A DNA stretch of 64,000 nt, taken from NCBI GenBank assembly GCA_037189525.1, contig JBBCJC010000001.1, positions 640,001 through 704,000 of the forward strand. Direction: 5' to 3'. Position 1 is the first letter of the stretch. Each line of letters starts with the position of its first letter. This DNA comes from Gemmatimonadales bacterium. GTDB taxonomy: Bacteria; Gemmatimonadota; Gemmatimonadetes; Gemmatimonadales; GWC2-71-9. Below the pieces are notes generated by a model, which was not told the origin of the DNA, searched no databases, and saw only the letters and a list, made by a program, of their open reading frames with translations. The translations under genes were made by a program, and so were the position numbers. Below, piece by piece: positions 1 through 8,500 of the stretch.

Positions 1-36
1 ACTGGTGATCTGGCTCGATGACAGTGTCTTCGGCAT
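1..36 (-). CDS. 5' end of a gene running off the window (MPKTLSSSQITS...), possibly an HU-family DNA-binding protein
   Basis: ATG at 36 preceded by a GAGGAG RBS on the minus strand. Only 12 codons are visible and they resemble HU N-termini. Confidence 0.35.
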   Translation of the reverse strand, partial: MPKTLSSSQITS

Positions 37-200
37 GGTTCGCTCCTCTCAGAAAATGACAGATGCGTTTCCCTTCCAAGCTCTCGCCCTCCAGCCAGGA
101 ATGCAAAGTGGCGGCATTCATTCAAACACGACTCGAAAAGTCGGACTTGATGACTGGTGTAGCTGCAGTTGGAGACGTTGCACCCTATGTTTGCGTCACT

Positions 201-1481
201 ATGCCAGCTGCCTGCTCCCGTCCGGTCGAGACTTTCGCCCTCCTGATCGCGACGGCGATCGGCGCCGGATGTCATTCCCAGCCGCCGGAAACGTCACCGT
301 CCCCGGCCTCGCCCGGCCTGGCGCGGGGAATCGCCGAGGCGGACTCGATCCTCACCGCCGCGATGGGAACGAGTACGGCCGGCGCAGTGCTCGTGGTCGG
401 CCGGAACGGAGCTATCGTGGCCGAGCGCGCCTATGGGCATGCCCGGCTGAACGATTCGTTAGGCGCGCCCCTCGCCCGTCCGCAGCCGATGCGAACCCGA
501 ACCGTGTTCGACGTGGCCTCCGTCACCAAAGTGCTGGCGACGACGATGGGCGTGATGTTGCTGGTCGATCGGGGCACAGTCGAACTGGACGCGCCCGTCC
601 ACCGCTACCTGCGCGAGTTTCGCGGGCCGCACCTCGACAGCATCACGGTCCGCCACCTGCTGACCCACAGTTCGGGTCTGGTCCAGTGGCAGCCCTTGTA
701 CTATCACGCCGCGACACCGCGACAAACCTACGATGTGATCCGATCGATGCCGCTCGGCACCGGCGTGGGCGCCGAACGCCGCTACAGCGATCTGGGCTTC
801 ATGCTACTCGGCTATCTGATCGAGCAGGTCACCGGACAATCGTTGCCGGACTTTCTGCAGCAGGAGTTCTACGGCCCGCTCGGCCTCCGTTCCACCGGTT
901 TCACGCCGAGTCGGCACAACGTCGAGTTCGCGACGACCGAGACGGGTAACGGATACGAACGGCAGATGGTCTACGACTCGGCCTTCGGCTACGAGTACCG
1001 GGGTGATCCGACGGCCTGGAACGGCTGGCGGAACTATCCGCTCGAGGGCGAAGTGAACGACGGCAATTCCTGGTACGCCCATGGGGGAGTCGCCGGCCAC
1101 GCAGGCCTCTTCTCGACCGGCGCCGAGCTGCAGGTCCTGGTGCAGCTGCTGCTCGATCGCGGCGAGTCAGGCGGTCGGCGCTACCTGCGCGCGGAGACGA
1201 TCGATGCGTTCATGACCCGGGATCGATTCGGGCATATGGTGGGGTGGGCGGCTCCGGACGACGCTCCGGCCGGCAGTTTTGCGCATACCGGCTTTACCGG
1301 GACGTACGTGCTCGGGATACCGGAATACGGTCTCTCCATCATCCTGCTGACCAACCGGCAGCATCTGGGACGAAATTCGCGTGGCTACTTCCCCGACGTC
1401 ACGCCCCTCCGGCGCGCCGTGGTCCGGGCCCTGCTCGCCGGCGCCAAGAATGACGCCGGCGGCAGCACCCCGGATCGTTAG
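201..1481 (+). CDS. Serine hydrolase, beta-lactamase class C-like (AmiE/YbbE-like), probable lipoprotein
   Basis: Motifs FDVASVTK (SxxK), YSD, LLTHSSGL, GGVAGHAGLFST and HTGFTG; AGC lipobox-like signal. Start uncertain (ORF open from 63). Confidence 0.85.
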   Translation: MPAACSRPVETFALLIATAIGAGCHSQPPETSPSPASPGLARGIAEADSILTAAMGTSTAGAVLVVGRNGAIVAERAYGHARLNDSLGAPLARPQPMRTRTVFDVASVTKVLATTMGVMLLVDRGTVELDAPVHRYLREFRGPHLDSITVRHLLTHSSGLVQWQPLYYHAATPRQTYDVIRSMPLGTGVGAERRYSDLGFMLLGYLIEQVTGQSLPDFLQQEFYGPLGLRSTGFTPSRHNVEFATTETGNGYERQMVYDSAFGYEYRGDPTAWNGWRNYPLEGEVNDGNSWYAHGGVAGHAGLFSTGAELQVLVQLLLDRGESGGRRYLRAETIDAFMTRDRFGHMVGWAAPDDAPAGSFAHTGFTGTYVLGIPEYGLSIILLTNRQHLGRNSRGYFPDVTPLRRAVVRALLAGAKNDAGGSTPDR

Positions 1482-3232
1482 GGCTGCCAGTACCTCGTCC
1501 GGTTGGCCGATCCGAAACGAGTGACTTCGAGCAGCGACTTGGGCTGCTCGGTCAGCACCCGCATCATGGGAACCCGCTGGCGCTGTGACAGCATCGCATC
1601 GGCGCGGCGCTCCAGCTGAGCCCGCTGCGCCTCGGTCAAGGCTCCGCTATCCGTATCGCCCAGCAGTTCGCGAATCGCTTCGTCACGGGTTGTGGGTGTC
1701 ACCCGCAGCACGTTGTCGGTATAGCCCCAGGTAATCAGGTTGTCGTCCGTTTCCGGCTCGAGCAGGTAGGAAACCAGCCGCCCTTTGGCCTGCGCGGTAC
1801 TGATGTAGTACCAACCGGCCGGCACTTCCACCCGCTCCATCTTCTTCTCGACCCCGGCGACTTCCCGGAGATAATGCCCCTGGAAGTACGGACCGCGCCG
1901 AATCCCGGTCGCATCGTACACTTCGAGTTCCAGGCTCGCCGGAGCCGAGAAGCGGTGCACCTGGATGCCGTGATCCAGCAGCAGGGGGACGACTTTGGCA
2001 ATCGACGCGGGCAGCACGTACCCGCGCGGGCGCGGCACCGTGCGGGTCACGTTGTACCGCAGCCAGACCGGCACCGTCTCCTGCCGGTAACTCGGCAGAC
2101 TGTCTGCGCCGCGATCGCCCGGCATCCAGACGGGTTCCGACCCGCGGGACACCAGTTCATACCCGACCACCACCTGATCCCGCGCGCTCGGCGCAAGACC
2201 GGCGTTGATGGCGCGTGACCGGGCCGCCGAAGTCAGTGCGCGAATCGTGCTCCGCTGCCTGGCGGCGTGCGTCAGCACCGTGCGCATTCCGATCACCTGT
2301 CCACGAACCTGATGGAAGTAGCGTTCCGCCAGGGGGATCGTCTCGACCACACCGTTGCGGACCCGATGGGTACTGGACGGCGTCTCGAACAACATCCCGA
2401 TCGAGTTGACCAATCCGGTGTAGACGTGATGCTTCCGCGCTTCGACCGACGTCGATCCCCAGCCGCGAACCCCGTCCCGCGTCTGCGGTCCGGAATAATC
2501 GAAACCGTCGTAACCTTCGACTTGCAACGCCTTCCGAATTTCGGGGAAGATGGTCGCGTACGGGTAGGTCCGCAGCGCTGAATCGGCCGCGGGGTTGAGC
2601 GTACCCTGCCAGGTCAGCGTGTAGGGCGCCGCGCCGCCGTGATGGGTATCGATATGGATATCGGGCGTCCACTCGTTCATCACCTGGGTGACCAGCGCGT
2701 AGATCTCCTGCGACTCGAGCTTGAGGTAGTCCCGGTTCATATCGAACCCCTCCTCATTGGTCCGGCGGCGAGCCTCTCCGCCGTCCGGATTGATGAGGGG
2801 GACGAACAGGACGATCACGCTGTCGAGCAGATGGCGCAGGTCGCCGGACACGAGGTCGCGCGCCACCAGCTGCGAAGCCTCCTTGCCTGCTGGTTCGTTG
2901 CCGTGCACCGCATTGGCAATCAGCACGATGGTCTTGCCGGAACGGAGTGCATCCTGCGGCGAAGCAATCGGCTCCTTGGCAACCGTCACGAGCGTGAACT
3001 CTCGGCCGAGCAGCGTGCGCGTGAGCGGGCGGATACTGACCTGATCGCTGACGCGGTCGAGTTCGTACCAGAACCGCATCAGCGGCTCGAATGGCGTCGG
3101 ACCGGCCTTGAACCCCTGCTCCTCCTGCCAGGTACGCGGCCCCTGTTGCGCCAGGACCGGCACAGCCGACGCCGCAGCGACCATGGACAATATTCCGGCA
3201 GTGACCAAACGACGGTGCAAACGATGCGTCAT
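1478..3232 (-). CDS. Secreted M14-family zinc carboxypeptidase
   Basis: Signal peptide; HGNE zinc motif, NPDG, RRTN..DMNRD, IDTHH. Confidence 0.85.
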   Translation of the reverse strand: MTHRLHRRLVTAGILSMVAAASAVPVLAQQGPRTWQEEQGFKAGPTPFEPLMRFWYELDRVSDQVSIRPLTRTLLGREFTLVTVAKEPIASPQDALRSGKTIVLIANAVHGNEPAGKEASQLVARDLVSGDLRHLLDSVIVLFVPLINPDGGEARRRTNEEGFDMNRDYLKLESQEIYALVTQVMNEWTPDIHIDTHHGGAAPYTLTWQGTLNPAADSALRTYPYATIFPEIRKALQVEGYDGFDYSGPQTRDGVRGWGSTSVEARKHHVYTGLVNSIGMLFETPSSTHRVRNGVVETIPLAERYFHQVRGQVIGMRTVLTHAARQRSTIRALTSAARSRAINAGLAPSARDQVVVGYELVSRGSEPVWMPGDRGADSLPSYRQETVPVWLRYNVTRTVPRPRGYVLPASIAKVVPLLLDHGIQVHRFSAPASLELEVYDATGIRRGPYFQGHYLREVAGVEKKMERVEVPAGWYYISTAQAKGRLVSYLLEPETDDNLITWGYTDNVLRVTPTTRDEAIRELLGDTDSGALTEAQRAQLERRADAMLSQRQRVPMMRVLTEQPKSLLEVTRFGSANRTRYWQP

Positions 3233-3310
3233 GGCGTAAAGCCCCGTAGTGACTGGAGAAGTTTCAAAGTATCGGACAGCGACGACCGGACGGAAGGGCT
3301 TAACGCGCCT

Positions 3311-5572
3311 TCAGCGGACCACGTCGATGACGACCTGATCGGTCTCGGAACCCGAAACGGCGCGAATCCGATGGGTGCCGACCGTCAGCGGCAAGCGGCT
3401 GGCCCTGGTCTCGACACCGTCGACATACCAGCGCACTGCCGCAGCGCCGCCTGCTGCGCGCAAACCGACTGTGGCGTAGGCGGTGTCCACACCGGGGACG
3501 AAGCGATAGCGGTCGCCGTTGCGAGGCGAGGTGATCCGGAATCCGGCGGCGACCGGATCAGTGCTGGCCCGGACCACGCCGGCAGCCACCACCGCGTTGC
3601 CGGCCATACTCCGGCTGGCCCACTCGACATACTCCGTCGGCAAACGAACTCCCGCCGCGCTGAACCAGCTGTCCGGCGACGGCTCGCGCCCGGGCACGAA
3701 CCACTCCGTCAAGGCCGGACAACCGTTGCCCGCTTGCCCGCCCGACAGACGGCACACCTCGACCGGAACGAGCCCTACGTCAGCCGGAGTAGGCAACACG
3801 CCAGGTGCGTATCGCGCGGCAACCGCCGTCACGGCGCGCTGGAGCAACGGCCCCGCGCCGGTCATTCCGCTGGCCCCCTGCAGCGGGCGACCGCTGAAAT
3901 TCCCGACCCAGACGGCCACCGTGAACCCCGCCGTGGTCGCCACCGCCCAGTTATCGGTAAAGTGGCGGCTGGTGCCCGTTTTGGCGGCCGCCGGAAAGGG
4001 AAACTCCAGCGGTGTCGACGGTCCGAACCCCGGCAACCGGGCCTCCGGGTCCGCCAGGATGTCGAGGATCTGAACCGCGGCCTCGGTGCTGATGACCCGG
4101 ACCTCATCGCCGCGGGCGGGGCCACCGTCGACTGCCCGCCAACCGACCGGACGCCAGAGACCGCCATTGGCCAGCGCCCGGTAGGCGTTGGCCAACTCGA
4201 GCAGCGTAACGTCGCCGTTGCCTAACGCCAGGCCCAGTCCGTAGTGGTCGGCACGCCTGGTCAGGCTGGCAAATCCGGCGCGATGGAGCGTATTCAGCAA
4301 GGGAGCGACCCCGACCGCGGAGGCGAGCCCCACGGCCGGCACGTTGTAGCTGGATGCGAGCGCCTCGCGAAACCGGACCGGACCGCGGTAGCGCCGATCA
4401 TAGTTGCGCGGCGCATACGGACCACTCGCAGTCGGGTAGACGGTCGCGACGTCGGCCAGAATGCTGGCGGAGGTATAGCCCTGATCCAATGCCAGCCCGT
4501 AGAGAAACGGCTTGAGCGTCGATCCCGGCTGCCGCGCCGACACCACCATGTCGACCTGCCCCGCTTCGGCCGCAAAGAAGTCGGGCGACCCCACCCAGGC
4601 CAGGATCTCACCGGTTCGGTTATCGAGCGCCACCACGGCCGCATGCTCCGCACCGTACCCCCGCATCTGCGCCACGGTATGACGAACCTCGGCCTCGACC
4701 GCCTGTTCCAGAACCGGATCGAGCGAAGTCCGAACCGTGCCCAGCAAACGAAGCGTATCGGCGCGGCGGAGCAGCCAGCTGGTAAAGTGGGGCGCCAGAA
4801 AGCGCGGCGCGCTCCCGCTACCCTGGCCGGGCTCCAACCTGGCCCGGGCCAGATCGGCCGGGAGCGCCAGCCGGTTCGCCTCCAGACGATCGAGCACCCG
4901 ATTGCGACGAGTCTCGGCGCGCGAGAGCGAGACCAGCGGATTGTCGCGACTCGGGGCGTGCGCCAGCCCCGCAAGCATGGCCGCCTGCGCCAGACTCAGA
5001 TCGCTCGCGGGCATCCCGAAGTAGAGCCGCGACGCCGCATCGACCCCAACGGCGCCCTGACCGAGCGGAACCCGGTTGAGATACTGCTCGAGAATTTCCT
5101 GCTTCGTCAGCTGCCGATCGAGCCGAAGCGCCCAGAGTCCTTGCGATATCTTGCCGGTCCAACGCCGAGACGATCCGGTCACCAGCCGCGCCAACTGCAT
5201 CGTGATGGTCGACGCACCGGACACCACGCGCCGAGCGGACAGATTCTGCCGGGTGGCCCGAAGCAACGCGGCGGGATCGACGCCGTGATGTTCGTAGAAG
5301 CGCCGATCTTCGGCCGCGACGAACGCCACCATCAGATCGGGATCGACCTCTGCGAGCGGGATCCAACGCCGCCGGCTCCCGTCGCCCGCGCGCGTGGCGC
5401 GGAGCGGCGATCCGTCCCGCGCCAGCAGCACAATCTCATCACCCGATGGTGGCGCAAGCCGGGCAGGATCGACCGGCCAATGGACCCAGCCCGCCAGCGC
5501 CAGCAGAGCCAGCCCCGACATTCGGGCCAGCCGCCGGAGCCGGCGCGGACGGACTCGGCGCGGATAGCTCAC
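3311..5572 (-). CDS. pbpC: Penicillin-binding protein 1C
   Basis: Transglycosylase motifs EDRRFYEHHG and GASTITMQLAR; transpeptidase motifs STLK, SYN, KTGTS; overlaps the A2M stop (GTGA). Confidence 0.92.
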   Translation of the reverse strand: MSYPRRVRPRRLRRLARMSGLALLALAGWVHWPVDPARLAPPSGDEIVLLARDGSPLRATRAGDGSRRRWIPLAEVDPDLMVAFVAAEDRRFYEHHGVDPAALLRATRQNLSARRVVSGASTITMQLARLVTGSSRRWTGKISQGLWALRLDRQLTKQEILEQYLNRVPLGQGAVGVDAASRLYFGMPASDLSLAQAAMLAGLAHAPSRDNPLVSLSRAETRRNRVLDRLEANRLALPADLARARLEPGQGSGSAPRFLAPHFTSWLLRRADTLRLLGTVRTSLDPVLEQAVEAEVRHTVAQMRGYGAEHAAVVALDNRTGEILAWVGSPDFFAAEAGQVDMVVSARQPGSTLKPFLYGLALDQGYTSASILADVATVYPTASGPYAPRNYDRRYRGPVRFREALASSYNVPAVGLASAVGVAPLLNTLHRAGFASLTRRADHYGLGLALGNGDVTLLELANAYRALANGGLWRPVGWRAVDGGPARGDEVRVISTEAAVQILDILADPEARLPGFGPSTPLEFPFPAAAKTGTSRHFTDNWAVATTAGFTVAVWVGNFSGRPLQGASGMTGAGPLLQRAVTAVAARYAPGVLPTPADVGLVPVEVCRLSGGQAGNGCPALTEWFVPGREPSPDSWFSAAGVRLPTEYVEWASRSMAGNAVVAAGVVRASTDPVAAGFRITSPRNGDRYRFVPGVDTAYATVGLRAAGGAAAVRWYVDGVETRASRLPLTVGTHRIRAVSGSETDQVVIDVVR

Positions 5573-8500
5573 GGCGTCCGCGCGGTCACCGTGAAGGTGC
5601 CGCCGTCACTCCGGCCAAACACCGCCGGGTTATACATCTCCTCCGCGTGGGCCTGCGGACGGATGAAGGTACCCGGCGTCGTGGCCCGGGCCAGATAGCT
5701 GGCGGTGTAACTGCCGCCCCAGAGGAGCCGCGCGGCATAGACCACCCGGTCGTCTCGCAACTCCCGATGATCGAATGGCGACCACCAGCCGCTGTCCCAC
5801 GACCCGAAGCTCCAGCGGGGTGCGGCGACCTCGCCCTCCTGACCCGCCTGGTCCGCAGGTTCGGTCTGTCCCGGCCCACCGATGCCGCCTACCGTGCGGA
5901 GACTCAGATCGATGGCCTCGAGCCCGGCGGGCAGCGGATCGTCGAGTACCACGAACGACCGCTCGCTGGGCACCGTGACCCGGAGACGTACCCGGACCAG
6001 TTCGCCCTCCGCGATCGTGGTGATCGGCTTGCCGGTCCGGTAGTCCTCATACCAGCGCTCGACCCGGATACCGCGATCCTCCGGATTAACCGGCATCACC
6101 TTGGGTATCTCGGTCAGGGTGAGATAGAAGAACCCGGGATCGCCCGCGCCGCGCGCTGCGATTTCGAGCGGTAACGGCCCCGGCTTCCGCCCCCGGAGCA
6201 GGTCCCGCAAGCTGCGGGTCGAGTCTCCCGCAAACTGCCCACCAGGCGTGGCAAAGACGGTTCGACCACCGCTCCGGACTTCGAGCGGCCGGCGATTCGC
6301 CGCGGGGAACCGCCGCTGCCAGGCATCGATGGCGCGCACCGCCATGGTGTGATCCTGGGTGTTCCACCACTGCTCGGGGTCGCGCCGGCGGCCGCGGCCG
6401 ATCACCGTTTCCAAAAGCGGCGTCACCAGCGGATGGCTGGCATCCACGGCAAGCGTCGACAGCAACAGATAGGCCGGTGTCCGCACCGCCGACCGAATGT
6501 AGAAGCGGCTCTGGAGCGAATCCGGCAGACTCACCGTTCGGCCTTCGACCGACGCAAGCGCCCAGAACGGTTCGACGATGCGGCGCGCGGTGCGCTGATC
6601 GCCGGCCCGCGCCAGGGTCACGGCAAACCGCATCCGGTCCTCCGGCGGGAGCTGGCCGAGCCGCCGGATCAGTTCGTTCTCGAGGGGCTGATTCCGTTTG
6701 CCCGCTCGGCTCAGGAAGTCGGCAATGGCCACCCGTTCGGTCAGGCTGGCCCGGACTTCGGTGTCGCGGAGCCCCACGGTCAGCGCCATGCTCTCTTCAC
6801 GCTCGAGCGCACCGGTCAGGTAGCCCACCATCGCCGCGATCACCGTATCCGGAACCACGAAGCCCGCCGCGCGCGCCTCCAGCAGCACTTCCCCGGCATT
6901 GGCCGTCATCCACGGCGACGACCAGTCGGTCGCGCTCCAGAGCCCGATGGCGCCATCACTCCGCTGCCTGCGCACGATCAGGTCGAGCGCCCGCCTGGCC
7001 TCGCTCCGCAGCCGTACCGTGTCGCCCGCTTCGGCACCGGCCGTCACGCGCGCGCGGTAGAGCGCGATGAGCGGGAGCGCCACGGCGCTCATCTGTTCGG
7101 TGCAGAGGTACGGGTAGGCGCGCAAGTCGTCGGCGACCCCTCGCAGCAGCGCCAGCGGCGACGAGCCAAGACTCAAGGTCACGCGCGACCGGGCCGGATC
7201 GGCGTCGGGCGATACATCCAGCGTGACCTGCGCCGTGTCCTGGACCAGCCCGGCCACCACGGCCGTCCGAGGCCGGGAGGCCGATCGTACCGGAATTGCC
7301 AGCCGGACCGCGTCGCGATCACCGGCGCCGGACACATCGAAGCGGAACGCCGCGCTGTCGCCTTCGGAAGCCAGGAAGTCGAACCGCACCTCCCGTCCCC
7401 GCCCGGCTTCGAGCGACGCGCGCTGCTGTTTCCGGCCGGACAGACGGATGCCGGTGGCGTCGGCTTTGACCTCGACGGTCGGCGTACCGCCCACGCGATG
7501 GTTGACCACGACGCCCGCCGTAAAGCGATCGCCGGGACGCACGAAGCGCGGCAGCGACGGACGCGCCAGGAGCGGTCGCGTCACCAATAGTGGTGACTGG
7601 CCGCTGCCGAAACGGTCGCCGGCCGTGACCGCCACCGCCATGACGCGGAAGGTGGTGAGGTTATCGGGCAAGGTGACCGTCGCGGTACCCACGCCGTCGT
7701 CGCTCGTGAGGACGGAGCCCAGGAAGAAGGCGGTCGTCTTAAAGCGGGAGCGGAGGATGTCGGCCGCGCCCTCACCACCGCCGCCGCCGGGATTCCGGCC
7801 CTTGTCGCCCTGTTTCACCTGCGGAGCAACCGAGGTCAGGTTGCTCCCCATCCGGAGCCCCAGACCGCGCGGCTGATAGAGCAGGTCGATCGGGTCCGGC
7901 GTCTGGAAGCCGGTCAGCGACAGTACGCCTTCGTCGACCGCCCAGAGCGTCACCTCGCTTCGGGCGCCGCGACCGGCGTCCGTCACTGAGGCCGTGAAGA
8001 CGGCGCGATCGCCCGGCCGATACTCCTGCTTGTCCGCGGCAAGCGCCACGCCGAGCCGTTTGGGTTCCGGGGTGACCCGGACTTCGGCGTACCCGACCCG
8101 GATGGTGGGCCGTCCCGGATCGTCCAGCGGGCCGGGCGCGGCGCTCCGGCCGCGGGCAACCACGATCGACACGAACGCGTTAGGCGCCCAGGCTTCGGTG
8201 ACCGGGAGGCGCAACGTGGTCGCCCCGTCGGCAATCCTGATCCGGCGTTGCTCGATCACCCCTTCGCGCTCGACCGTGATCCACGCCTCGGCGTCGGTAA
8301 ACGGCGACGCGAACAGCACCGTGGCGGTGTCGCCCACCGTGTACCGGCTCCGGTCGGGGACTACGTCCATCTTGAACTGCGACTCGTCGGCCCAGGGCAC
8401 CCATCCGGGGCCCGTGACCCAGCGATAGAAGCTGGTCGCCACGTCGCGCCCGCCCGGATCACGCGCCGCAAACGCGACGATGTAACTACCGGCCTGCTTC